Source: Macrostomum lignano
Taxonomy: Eukaryota
Direction of reading: 5' to 3'
DNA: 64,000 bases
NCBI GenBank assembly: GCA_002269645.1
Contig: NIVC01002534.1
Location: 49,890-113,889, forward strand
Below are positions 36,592-50,000 of this stretch, piece by piece. Under the pieces are notes generated by a model, which ran no database searches, was not told where the DNA came from, and was given only the letters and a program-made list of their open reading frames with translations. Each line of letters starts with the position of its first letter. Within the stretch, counting starts at the first letter, position 1. The position numbers and the translations under genes were made by a program.

Positions 36592-39425
36592 GGACAAATT
36601 ACTTCGCTATGGACTCCCAAACCGCTCAACCAAATTACACCAAACTTTACACCCACCCTAAACTTACTACGGAGAATGTCTTAGGCTACTTTTAAATTTC
36701 CTAAATTTGAGTCTTCCCACCTAAAAGTGCAAAAAACTGCTCAAAATGCGCGATTTTTTCACTTAATCCTCCATAGCGCCGCTTCACTTCTACCGATTCT
36801 CTTCAAATTTGACACAGGCAATTTTCAACTATTTTGACACAATCGTGTAAAATTTCAAATTTCAAAGTTAATCCTGAAAGCCGCTGTGCACTTTTAAAGT
36901 TAGGCTGTTTTTTTCAGCGAGGCAGCCACCCCAACCTCCGCCCGCCTGCCTCTCTTTCCTGATCTGGGCATAGGGTGTGAATAGGTTTTAAAATGCCTAA
37001 CTTTTGGCTGCCATAGTTTTGCTCCACGTGAAGCGATTGACTTCAAACTTGACAAAATTCTTTATTGACTCATTCTCTGCCTACATGTAAAGTCTCAACT
37101 CTGTATCTCAATCAGGACAGAAACTGTAAGCATGGGAAGTTTGTCTGCTTTTTCTGTTGTTTGTGCCGCTCACTCACTCATTCCCCCAGCTCAGAAGAAG
37201 GGTCAGGCGATAGGGCTCAATGTACATAGCGAATGTACAGTGTTTTGGAATAACTTTTTAATAGCCTTCTCTGTACCCCGCGAGTGGAGAGGCGTGGAGA
37301 GGAGAGAGTTTAGCGAGAGATTCAATTTTAAACCACTTTCCTTTCCTCTGAATAGATAAGTCTGCAGCAGTTAAACAAGGATGGCAAATCAAGGCGATGT
37401 GGGATGGTTTATAAAAATATCGAAAAATTAATGAATAACTTATTACAATGCAATCCTACTAAATTAGTTGCACCATAAAAATTTTAACATTAAGATTCGC
37501 ATAAGGTACTTTAAAATTTAAATGGCCTCCTAAGAAATGCATATTTCCATGGTTGTTAGACTGCTGCAGACTGTGGTGGTGGAGCTGGAGATATACAAAT
37601 TTCTCTCAGCGCTGCTAATTGACCAGAAAGATGACGTGATTAAAGCATGGGAAATGATAACAACCATGATAGTACTATGTCCCACAACCTGGCTTTCGAA
37701 GCAGGGATCGGCAGATTTTTATCTCAAAGGCCAGATAAAGAATCCAGCTCATGGCTACGGGCCAGATGAGAGTGAAAAGGAAAAGGAATAGACTATTTGA
37801 AAGGGAGGAGGGGCGAGAGGGGATAAAAGAAAAGATAGAAGATAACAGGAGAGACATGCGAGGAGGTTGAGGAGAGAGCAGAGAATATGGGATGAAGAAG
37901 CGAGAGGAGGGGAGAGAGAAGGGAGAGGAAATAGTAAAGGTGAGAAGATGGAGAGAGAAGAGGGGAGAGATGAGACAGAGGATCGATGAGAGAGGAGAGT
38001 AGAGAAGAGTGAGATGAGAGTATCGAGAGGGGGATTAGAAAGGATATAGGAGAGGAGATAAGAGGGGAGAGACGAGTGAGAAGAGAGAAGATAGAGATGA
38101 GAGAGAGAGAGTTGAGAAAGAAGAGAGGACAAAGGAGAGATGATAGAGTAAAGGGAAGAGGAGGAGAGAGGAAAGAGATGAGATTGTAGAGATGAGTGAG
38201 ATGAAAGAAAATATGAGAGAGTAGAGTAGAGATTAGAGATGAAGGAAGAGAGAGCAGAGTGCGGAGAGACAAGAAAAGAGAATAGAGGGGAGAGAGTATA
38301 AAAGAGGGAAGAGAAGAGAGGAGTAAGGAAAGAGAGGAGTCAGAAGAGGGGAAGAGAATAGTACACAGTAGAGAGGAGAGTAGAGATGACAGAAGAGAGA
38401 GGGGAATGAGAGAGCAAAGATGAGAGTAAACAGACAATATAAGAGAGGAGAGAGGAGAGTGAGAGAGAAGAGAGAAGACAAGAGAGGGAGAGAGTATAGA
38501 AGAGAGAAGAGAAGAGACGAGAAGAAAGAAGAAAGGATCGAGTCCTCCTGAGTCAAAAAGGGGAAAGAGAGGAGTACAAGGGAGAGAGGTGAGAGAACAT
38601 ATGAGAGTAAAGATGACAGATAAGAGAGGGGAGATGAGAGAGCAGAAACGAGAGTGAACAGACGAGAGATGGGAGAGTAGAGAGAAAAGAGGAGAGATAA
38701 GAAATAAGGGATGAGAGGTGGAGACGGGAGAGATGAGAAGTGAGTGAGGAGAGAGGAGGGGAAGGGAGAGAATCGAGAGGACAGGGGAAATTGGTGAAAT
38801 GGACGAGAGAGGAGAGGAAAGAGTTGAGAGAAGAGAGGAAAAAGGAGAGAGTAGAGATAAGGAAAGTGTTAAGAGAGGGAGTTAAGTAAGGAGTGAGAAG
38901 AGAGGTGAGAGAAGAGAGAGCAGAGAGCAGAGGGAGAGAGAGTAGAGAGCAGAGAGAAATGAGAAAATATAAAACAGGAGAAAGGAGATATGAGAGACCA
39001 GAGACCAGAGCGAAGAGAGGAGAAGAGAGAGAAAAGAATAGAGGGAGAGGGAAGAGACGAGAGAGGAGACGAGAGAGGAGAGAAGAAAGAAGAGATAAGA
39101 GGGGAGAGAGAGAAGACGAGAGAGAAGATAGGAAACAGAAAAGAAGATGGAAGTTTCAAAGGATGCAAAGGACATAGGGAGAGGCAGAGGTACGTAGAGG
39201 CCAGAGTTTGCCTGCATTCTGCGCAGCACCCCAGCCAACAATATCAATGTTTGCCTCAAATCCTAATTATATGAATATACACTATTTTATGTTTAACTCT
39301 ATCCTAACTATTAACAAGGGAACAAGTTTTTGTTTGAGTTTTACCTCAGATTTTAGAGTACATGCAAAAATCATTCCGGGGAATGGAGTTCCCCGGGTTC
39401 AAAATCCGCGGGTTTCAACAGCTTG
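36536..39425 (+). mobile_element. Probable non-autonomous Helitron
   Basis: 5' A|TCTCTACCTATAAAAAT followed by (CTGT)n and CCGCTCAACCAAATT..CCGATT..TTCAAA-type motifs, as in invertebrate non-autonomous Helitrons. The 3' end has a GC-rich hairpin-like CCCCGGGTTCAAAATCCGCGGG, then CAGCTTG|T (CTAG-like). That the two ends belong to one element is inferred. Confidence 0.5.
37795..39190. repeat. Degenerate GA-rich purine tract, 1.4 kb
   Basis: Almost purely G/A on +; source of the S/L-rich minus-strand ORFs. Confidence 0.92.
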
Positions 39426-40162
39426 TATGAATTAATAATAAATAAAGTAAATCATAGCACACGACACGACATAGCACCAATGCAAAATCTTGGGTTGGTG
39501 ACGACTGTACGTCAATTAAATACAGTCAATAATTGATACTTCTATCAATTCATACTTTTGAAAGATTTAAAGCCTAATTTGGTTTTTTTATTGTGCATAT
39601 TCATAATAAATAGATGTTGGGCTTGGGACCCTATTTGAGCACTTGGTTCGTTCATTTCTGCTCAATGAGTGAGCAATCAGAAACCATATTGGCAACTTAC
39701 CATTGACATACGGTCGAACTTTAAAAGTAATAAATAAATTGGGAACGATAGTGTATGGCAAAATACAAACTTACTGACGGATAGCAGGCAGGACTGTCAC
39801 CATAATTGTTAAGATATTCAAAGACTGAGAGTGTCAATAAAGTTAAACAAATTAAACATAATAAAGGAAAACCATCTGGTAAAGAATATCAAAACAACTA
39901 TTTTCAACATAATAATAATTTACATAATGAATTTAATTGTGTTTCGTGTGTACGTACAGTGCCATTTAACTGTGAGCAACTGGCGCTTTTCGGATCTGCA
40001 TCATGGTCGGACGGCCGACAACAACAGTTTTATATTGTTTCATTTAACTTCTAACCCTGGCTATTTTAGCACGATTTTGGAGTTTATCTTTTAACAGTTG
40101 GCCTAGGTATCTTTAGTACTTTAAGCTGGATGTGTTTCTGGTGATTTCCTCTGCCTCTGGGA

Positions 40163-43100
40163 ATGACAGACTCTTTTCGGATGCAAAACATCAATTCTAG
40201 TCGTTCTAGACCTGCAGAAAAAATGTCATCTCATTTGCTTGATCATGATGAGTTGAATGAAACAGCACAATACTCATCATTTGATGAATTTGCTGGCGCG
40301 AATCCTAGAAATGGAATTGATAACACTGCTAGATCAACCAGAGGGGGATCCAGCACTAAACCATGGTATGAAAGGTATGTTGTTAACTTGTTGAAACTTG
40401 GAATTGAGCTAAAGAATGAAGAATGAAGACAAAATGCAAAAACAACATTGCTGCCTACTTTTTATCTTTATGTAACTACAAATAATAAATCTTATAAGTT
40501 AGTCTTTGAATAGGCCTTTATATAACTATTGCTAATGTATTTTTATTAGACACATCTAACACTTATGACACAAGTGTCACAAAAAGTCTTGACTATTATA
40601 ATGGTTAACTTTTGTTGACACATTTTCATCAGGGTGTCTAAAAATGTGTTGGCAAAAGTTAACTATTGTCTATTATGACACATTTTAATACTTTTGTTGA
40701 TAGGCTAGTTAACTTTTGTTGATATATTTTCAATTTTCATTGAGAATTGGGATGTCTGAAAATGTGTCAGAAAAAGTTAACTATTCCACTTTTTCCTACA
40801 CTTTGCAACATTTTAAATGTTACAAGATCTATGAAAATGTGTTGGCAAAAGTTACAAAGGTTTTTTGTATTTATATGTAGGCCTAATTATTTTTTTTTTT
40901 ATTGTTAAACAGCTTTTTCTATATAAATTATATAGACTTTTTAAAGTTTACTTTTTGAGTTTTATTTTAATTAACTATCAATAGAGTTTTTAAATTCTTA
41001 AGTTTAAAAAACTTAGGGATATGCAATATAGATAAAGGCCTATAAAAATAGCTTAGGTTTCAGGTTTGTTGCAATAATTGTAACTTTTTTTGGGTTGCAA
41101 CAATAAAAGACCTTTTTTAGGTTTATGGCTACTCATTGACAATTATGTAACCTTTCCATTTATATATCATTTGCATAGCCATGTACTACATTACCACTAG
41201 GGCCAATTTGTGCTAGATGCTATCTACAATAATGGCTATTGGTTACAATAGGGAACATTGATAGAAATTAGTGATGGATCCAAATGTTTAGATTCAGAAT
41301 CCAAATCCAATAAAAGTCTCACTTTTTTAGAAATCCAAAAGTTTCAAATTTGGAAATTTTATTTTCCAAATTTACAAATGTGCTTCTGAATATGAAAAAA
41401 GCAAAAAGCCAAAACAAAATATGCAAATGTAAAAAAGAAATACAACTTTTAAAAAGAAAGTAAATTTAAAAAAAAACAAGAATGCAAAATTTTATATAAT
41501 ATTGTTCATTTAAAAATTTGTTCATTTTTACAATTGTCTGTATTTGCAATAATATATATTTTTAAAGTTACTTAACATCAGGACCTTTGAGGCATGCAAC
41601 CTAAAGTCACAGAAACATTTAATTGCAATAATCATTGTTTAAGTGTAATTATCACTTTTTTTCAAAATGCAAATGCAATGGACTTTACGCACACTGTACA
41701 TGGTAAAGTTATCAAATTGCACAAATGTAATATCAGTTAATATTAGTAATTGGAATTAGTTAGATTAGATACATAACAATTGAGTTCAATTGTAAGTTCA
41801 ATTTAATTCAGATACTAGATAGATATAGTATAAGCCTAAGATTAGATTGAATCTTATCAGTAAATTAATGTACAGTACTAATATAATTACTAATTGGATG
41901 ACAAGGCATTTTTATCACTGAAAGGTGTCATGTTACTCTTGCCATTTACCATTTACTTTTGTCTATATTCAGAAACTTATTTGGATATTCAGATTCAAAT
42001 TTTTTTTGTACATTTGGATTTGGTTTTAGAAACTTGTAAAATCTACATTCAGTCCATCACTAATAGAAATGATATTACACTTCAAAAAATACAAAAAATA
42101 TAAAATATAGCAAAAAGGACAGATATGCTGTGGATAGCTATTTGCAATTATTAACTTATTCCAATAGGGTTAAATGCATAAAAATCTAATTTTTTATATT
42201 ACTTGACAAAGTATAACTAAAAAAACTAGGCTTAAATCCTCAAAGTTTAGTGAACTACTCAACTCAACCAAAATATTGAGTTGTTTCTTGGCTCTATTTG
42301 AGAGATTGGTTGAGTGTGTCTAGCCATTGAAGTTAATGGCCTAATGTTGGTGGCTTATCTATGGCTCTAGTGCTAGTGATATGAGAGAAATTTATACCAT
42401 AGAGTCTAGTCTATAGGCACCAAGTGTCATCTATAAAAGATCTAGAAGTTCCCCCTTCTTGAAGGCCAGTAGCCACCTAACCTAAGTCAGAGATGATGCT
42501 GACACATGGTTGGTCAACAAGCTAATGAAAAAAATGAAGGTTTAAAGTAGGGGGTTCTATTATGGAATAGTGCAGTGCTGATTGGAGCAGCTGATTGGAT
42601 GAATGGGTGAGTGCACTAGCGCAATGGTGGAAAAAGTCTGACCTGGCAGAATCATTGAATATCTTGTTGCTCTAGATTCTAGAAGACTGGCAACTTGATT
42701 CTTGTTTCTAAAGGTGTGCAACAAACATCTTGAAAAGCTTTTGCACCACTGAAATTTTCACCTAATGTGTTATTTAGTGGTATATTATGGTAAAAGTGGA
42801 CCAAACTATATTGTTTTCAAATATGCTTAACCATCCAGGTGCTGGGCCTCGTGCTGCGCCTGTGCCAGACGCGAGAAGCAGTATGTGCCGCGAGTTGTGC
42901 GCGTTGGCATCCCAGACCGCAAGTCTAACCATCCGGCTAACGTCATACGCAATCAGAAATACTCAGTGCTCACCTTCCTACCCTTGGTTCTGTTCGAACA
43001 GTTTAAAAACTTTCTAAATTTCTGCTTCCTAGTGATGGCGCTGTCTCAGTTTATACCTCAGCTTCGCATTGGCTACTTGTACACCTATTGGGGCCCGCTG

Positions 43101-46100
43101 GCTTTTGTTGTCTCAGTTACCATGGTGCGCGAAGCTGTTGACGATATTCGGCGCTACCTGCGCGACCGGGAGGTGAATGGCACCGCCTATGAGCGGCTGA
43201 GCAAGGCTGGGGCGCAGACTGTTCCGAGTAGTGCGTTGCGGGTGAGTCTGATGGTGATTAACTATACTTTGCTCTGGGCACGGCAGCTCCAGTTGATGGA
43301 TCGGGGAGGGGGTGCCAGCTGATGGATCGGGGATGGGTGGCAGCTGAAGGATCGGGGAGGGTGGCAGCTGAAGGATCGGGGATGGGTGGCAGCTGAAGGA
43401 TCGGGGAGGGTTGGCAGCTGAAGGATCGGGGAGGGTGGCAGCTGAAGGATCGGGGATGGGTGGCAGCTGAAGGATCAGGGAGGGGTGGCAGCTGAAGGAT
43501 CAGGGAGGGGTGGCAGCTGAAGGATCAGGGAGGGGTGGCAGCTGAAGGATCGGGGAGGGGTGGCAGCTGAAGGATCAGGGAGGGGTGGCAGCTGAAGCAT
43601 CGGGGAGGGGTGGCAGCTGAAGGATCAGGGAGGGGTGGCAGATGAAGCATCGGGGAGGGGTGGCAGCTGAAGGATCAGGGAGGGGTGGCAGCTGAAGGAT
43701 CGGGGAGGGGTGGCAGCTGAAGGATCAGGGAGGGTTGACAGCTGAAGGATCCCAAATTACAGTGCACTTACAATTGAAGTTTCTGGCTCCCAAAATCCAC
43801 AGGTCGGCGACGTGGTTCGCGTTGGCAAAAACCAGCGCGTCCCAGCCGACCTGGTGCTGCTGCGCACCTCCGACCGTCAAGGCACCTGCTATCTGCGCAC
43901 GGACCAACTGGACGGCGAGACCGACTGGAAGCTCCGGCTGGCGCCCACCGTCACCCAGGCTGTTGAACGAGACGAAGATCTGCTGGACCTGGGCGGCAGC
44001 GTCTACGCTGAGCGACCAGGCAGAGATATTCACGGCTTTATTGGCACTCTGACTGTTGCTAGGCTGTCACCTGACCAGCAGCAACAGCCGGAGCAGCAGC
44101 AGATGGCTTTGTCTGTAGAGAACACCGTCTGGGCTAACACGGTTGTTGCCTCTGGTTGGGCCCTGGGTCTGGTTGTCTACACCGGGCCGGAGACCAGAGC
44201 CGTGATGAATAATTCCAAGCCTAGAAGTAAATTTGGCATGACGGATGTGGAAATTAACAATATTACTAAAGTACTGGTAGCCTGCGTGCTGCTTCTGTCC
44301 CTGGCGCTGCTAGCTTTGAAAGGATTCGGCGGCCAGTGGTACAAATATTTTTGGCGATTCTTCCTGCTGTTCTCCTATATTGTGCCGCTAGCGTGAGTGT
44401 CTGCATTTTCGTGTTCTTTTTAATTTGATTTTAAATGTATTAATTACTCGTAATGTTTTTGAGCAGCAGTTTATTGTCTTGTCTCACTGTCTGTCTGTAT
44501 GCCTGCCTGTTTGTTCGTCTGGCTGTCTGTCTGTCTGTCTGTCGGACTATTACGGATAAATTACGGACTCCACTTTATAAGCTTAAGTTGACTGGCTCTT
44601 TGACCTTCTTTATTAGTAGCAATTAACTATTGTTATACTGAGTCAATCCTTGTGTTCTATATACTTATATAATCGCACCTTTGCCTCGTAGACTTCGCGT
44701 CAACTTAGACGTCGCCAAGATGACCTATTCGTTCTTTATCATGCGGGACAAGAAGCTCGAAGGCAACATAGTGCGGAACACCACCATACCCGAAGAGCTG
44801 GGCAGGATCAGCTACCTGCTGAGCGATAAGACTGGCACTCTGACTGAGAATGAAATGGTGAGTCATACTTTTCAAAACTCAATTAATTTTCCGTCTCACT
44901 CTCTTTCGTTCGGCTTAATATCTATTTGAAATATAATTAAATCGAGATTGTCAGTTAGGGAATCGGAATTGTCAGTTAAGGCAATCGGGATTGTCAGTTA
45001 GGGAATCGGGATTGTCAGTTAGGGAATCGGAATTGTCAGTTAGGGAATCGGAATTGTCAGTTAGGGAATCGGAATTGTCAGTTAAGGCAATCGGGATTGT
45101 CAGTTAGGGAATCGGGATTGTCAGTTAGGGAATCGGAATTGTCAGTTAGGGAATCGGAATTGTCAGTTAGGGAATCGGGATTGTCAGTTAAGGCAATCGG
45201 GATTGTCAGTTAGGGAGTCGGAATTGTCAGTTAGGGAATCGGGATTGTCAGTTAGGGAATCGGAATTGTCAGTTAGGGAATCGGAATTGTCAGTTAGGGA
45301 ATCGGGATTGTCAGTTAGGGATCGGGATTGTCAGTTAGGGAATCGGGATTGTCAGTTAGGGAATCGGAATTGTCAGTTAGGGAATCGGAATTGTCAGTTA
45401 GGGAATCGGAATTGTCAGTTAGGGAATCGGGATTGTCAGTTAGGGATCGGGATTGTCAGTTAGGGAATCGGGATTGTCAGTTAGGGAATCGGAATTGTCA
45501 GTTAGGGAATCGGAATTGTCAGTTAGGGAATCGGAATTGTCAGTTAGGGAATCGGAATTGTCAGTTAGGGAATCGGGATTGTCAGTTAGGGAATCGGGAT
45601 TGTCAGTTAAGGAATCGGAATTGTCAGTTAAGGAATCGGGATTGTCAGTTAAGGAATCGGGATTGTCAGTTAGGGAATCGGGATTGTCAGTTAGGGAATC
45701 GGGATTGTCAGTTAGGGAATCGGGATTGTCAGTTAGGGAATCGGGATTGTCAGTTAGGGAATCGGGATTGTCAGTTAGGGAATCGGGATTGTCAGTTAGG
45801 GAATCGGGATTGTCAGTTAGGGAATCGGGATTGTCAGTTAGGGAATCGGGATTGTCAGTTAGGGAATCGGGATTGTCAGTTAGGGAATCGGGATTGTCAG
45901 TTAGGGAATCGGGATTGTCAGTTAAGGAATCGGGATTGTCAGTTAGGGAATCGGGATTGTCAGTTAGGGAATCGGGATTGTCAGTTAGGGAATCGGGATT
46001 GTCAGTTAGGGAATCGGGATTGTCAGTTAGGGAATCGGGATTGTCAGTTAGGGAATCGGGATTGTCAGTTAGGGAATCGGGATTCTGAGGACACACAGAG

Positions 46101-47033
46101 TAAGAGCGACACTGCTTTTCGCTAATCCAGGTGTTCAAGAAGCTCCACCTCGGCTCAACGGTGTACACAGACGAGGCCGATTCGCACGACGAAGTTCGCT
46201 CGCTTCTTCAAGCCGGCCTCGCAGCCAACGCCGGCGGAGGCGGAGAAGGCGGCAGCGGTGGCGGCGGCCCGGACTCGGTGACTCGGCTCGGTGCCGATCT
46301 GGCCGCCCGGACGGCCGAAGCTGTCCGAGCCGTCGCCCTGTGCCACAATGTGACGCCAGTCTACGACGAGGCCGGAGCCGACAGCGGCGGAGCGCCGGCC
46401 TACCAGGCCAGCAGTCCTGACGAGGTGGCTCTGGTCAGTTGGACAGCCGAAGTCGGCCTGGCTCTGGTGCACCGTGACCAGACTAGCATGCGGCTGAGGA
46501 CGCCGGCTGGCGCTGAGCTGGCCTACACTGTGCTGCACCTGTTCCCGTTCAGCTCCGAGACTAAACGGATGGGCATTGTTGTTCGAGACGAGGCTACTGG
46601 CGATATCGCGTTCTACGCCAAAGGCGCTGACACCGTCATTGGTGCCCTGGTGCAGCCGGTGGACTGGCTGGAGGAGGAGGTCGGCAACCTGGCCAGGGAG
46701 GGCCTGCGCACCCTGCTAGTTGCTAAGCGCCGGCTTAAACGGGATTTCTACGAGGATTGGAGTAGAAGGTTAGTGAGAGAAGCCTTGCATTACCTTGTAT
46801 CGTCTATATTTAACATTTTTGACTGATGCCAGCTGGGATGTCGGTTTCCGATTTGGCATCCTGAAATCCTAGAGAGGGTTGTAGTCCAGTAGTTAGAGTG
46901 TCGGACTCAGGACTGAAAGGTCGGGGGTTCGATTCTCAAGCCACTCGGAACAATTTGTGTCCTTGAGCAAGACACTGAATTCTGCATTGCTTCAGTTTAC
47001 CCAGCTGTAAAATGGGTGCCAGCATTAGCTGGG

Positions 47034-47077
<44 letters not shown>

Positions 47078-50000
47078 GCACGGGGCATTTGTTGGGCCAT
47101 ACGCGTACAACGGGACCCGCACTGTTGGGCCAAAAAAAATGTTGGGACTGTCCCATCAAGTCCGTCCAACACTTCCAAAAAAGTTACAATAGCAGCTCAA
47201 AAAAATACTCTATGGATTCAGCTCGACAGCCTCTTTTTGATGGTGCAACTCATTTTTAATAATTTTACTTGCTGTGTCAATAAATAAGCAAAAACTGGCG
47301 TCCCAATAAGGAAAAATGATACAAAATTCGACCAAATCACTATTGGGACACTGAAATGGCTAATTTGCTCCCGCATATTTTTATTGGTTTTTTCTCATAT
47401 TTTTACTTATAGTAGATTTCAAGCGCATTCATTTGCTGCAGTCTTTGTTTCAAGACGTAAATACATAGCATACATTAAAATACATACAAAGCAAAGCATA
47501 GCAAAACACTTTTAAGGGTATTTTATTGTCAAAGGATGGTTCTGGATGGAGATAAACCTAAAGAAATGACAAGGGCTTACATGTACTTCTGACTGTGATG
47601 GGCATCAGTCCTCTACACGAACTAAATTGTTAGGACAGTGTTGCAGTGTTGAATACAACAGCCCACTCTTGTTAGGACTCATGCTATTGACTGCTGCGCG
47701 CATTCGATATTCTATAAATTGTTGGGACTGTGTGCTAGAGTGTCGTTTACAAAAGCCCACTCATATTAGGACTTACCCCGTACATGTTAGGACTAAGCCC
47801 TACCCCCTGTGTACATGGCTCCAATTTACCAGAGTCCCCTTGCTAGTTAAGTGTACATTTATTTTGGTCTATTATTGACGCCACCCCGCAAACGTACGGT
47901 AAACAAAATTGGCATGTACTCGCCATGCTGAAATCAATGGTCAACTCTGCCTCTGCCATGGCACCCGAGTCACCATGGTATGGAAAGAACAGCATGGAAT
48001 GGCACAGCGATAAACATGTAAGTGGTATTAAAAAACTTTGTCGGAAACAAGAAGCATTTATATTTAAATGCTATAAAAAATACTGCTCCTGCTAAGCAGT
48101 ACCTACCTTTACTTCAGTTATATCACCTTTGATCAACTGCCATGTGGCGCAATTGCCAAAGGATCCGTCGACTTTAACCGGTAAGCTGTAAAAGCTTTGA
48201 GTAAAACTTGGCATTTCGTCTGAATCCATTGACATTCAATAGCCTACGTGTCCAACCACAAAAATTATAAGTTTTGTACTTTTAACTCTCAGATTGGGTC
48301 TTAGCAGATTCTATAGCTATGCATGCAAGGGCCCCTCAGAGGAGATGCTTAAACACTGCAGTGCATTTTTCCTAGCAATTATTGGGACACGAAGTGTTGG
48401 GCCACTGTGTGTGTGTGTCTAGTTTTTTCCGCATTTGTTAAGTCACCTAAAGAACTCAATTAATAAAGGGCTCCAGAACAAATTGATGGGCAAACGGATG
48501 ACACACTGCACAGAGACTTGTTGGGACATATTAAAAACAGCTTATTTTAGAATGGGTACACTTTACTAAAGTAGAATGCTCCTAAAGAAAGCTGCAAGCA
48601 AACTAGCATCTTCTGGAGCTGACATGCAGAGAAGAATGATTTTGTCGTCCTTGAAATCACTAAACAGATATGCGAAATCGATCTTTTGCTAATCCCACCA
48701 CAGGTTCCAGTGAAAAGAAGAAACGAAACCCATTGACTAAATTGGCAGTCGACTCAATCGATGCCGACTGCAACGGACCTGTCAGCTTCGAACTCAGGAG
48801 AGCAGCTAATAGTCTACGAGAGTAATGCTAGATGCCAGAATGCTTCACAGCATCAAAGTCTTAAGCAGAAGCTTCAATGAAAGGTTAGTTCATGCTGTGG
48901 CTGCATTCGTTTTCGTGTCTAGAAGCGTTATAACTTTTTGTACTTTTAACTCTCAGATCGGGTCTTAGCAGATTCTATAGCTATGCATGCAAGGGCCCCT
49001 CAGAGGAGATGCTTAAACACTGCAGTGCATTTTTCCTAGCAATTATTGGGACACGAAGTGTTGGACCACTGTGTGTGTGTCTAGTTTTTTCCGCATTTGT
49101 TAAGTCACCTAAAGAACTCAATTAATAAAGGGCTCCAGAACAAATTGATGGGCAAACGGATGACACACTGCACAGAGACTTGTTGGGACATATTAAAAAC
49201 AGCTTATTTTAGAATGGGTACACTTTACTAAAGTAGAATGCTCCTAAAGAAAGCTGCAAGCAAACTAGCATCTTCTGGAGCTGACATGCAGAGAAGAATG
49301 ATTTTGTCGTCCTTGAAATCACTAAACAGATATGCGAAATCAATCTTTTGCTAATCCCACCACAGGTTCCAGTGAAAAGAAGAAACGAAACCCATTGACT
49401 AAATTGGCAGTCGACTCAATCGATGCCGACTGCAACGGACCTGTCAGCTTCGAACTCAGGAGAGCAGCTAATAGTCTACGAGAGTAATGCTAGATGCCAG
49501 AATGCTTCACAGCATCAAAGTCTTAAGCAGAAGCTTCAATAAAGGTTAGTTCATGCTGTGGCTGCATTCGTTTTCGTGTCTAGAAGCGTTATAACTTTTT
49601 GTACTTTTAACTCTCAGATCGGGTCTTAGCAGATTCTATAGCTATGCATGCAAGGGCCCCTCAGAGGAGATGCTTAAACACTGCAGTGCATTTTTCCTAG
49701 CAATTATTGGGACACGAAGTGTTGGGCCACTGTGTGTGTGTGTCTAGTTTTTTCCGCATTTGTTAAGTCACCTAAAGAACTCAATTAATAAAGGGCTCCA
49801 GAACAAATTGATGGGCAAACGGATGACACACTGCACAGAGACTTGTTGGGACATATTAAAAACAGCTTATTTTAGAATGGGTACACTTTACTAAAGTAGA
49901 ATGCTCCTAAAGAAAGCTGCAAGCAAACTAGCATCTTCTGGAGCTGACATGCAGAGAAGAATGATTTTGTCGTCCTTGAAATCACTAAACAGATATGCGA

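Noticed and set aside
45203-46168. Repeat ORFs SVRESGL / LTDNPDS / GNRDCQL
   Set aside because: All derive from the 21-bp intronic minisatellite.
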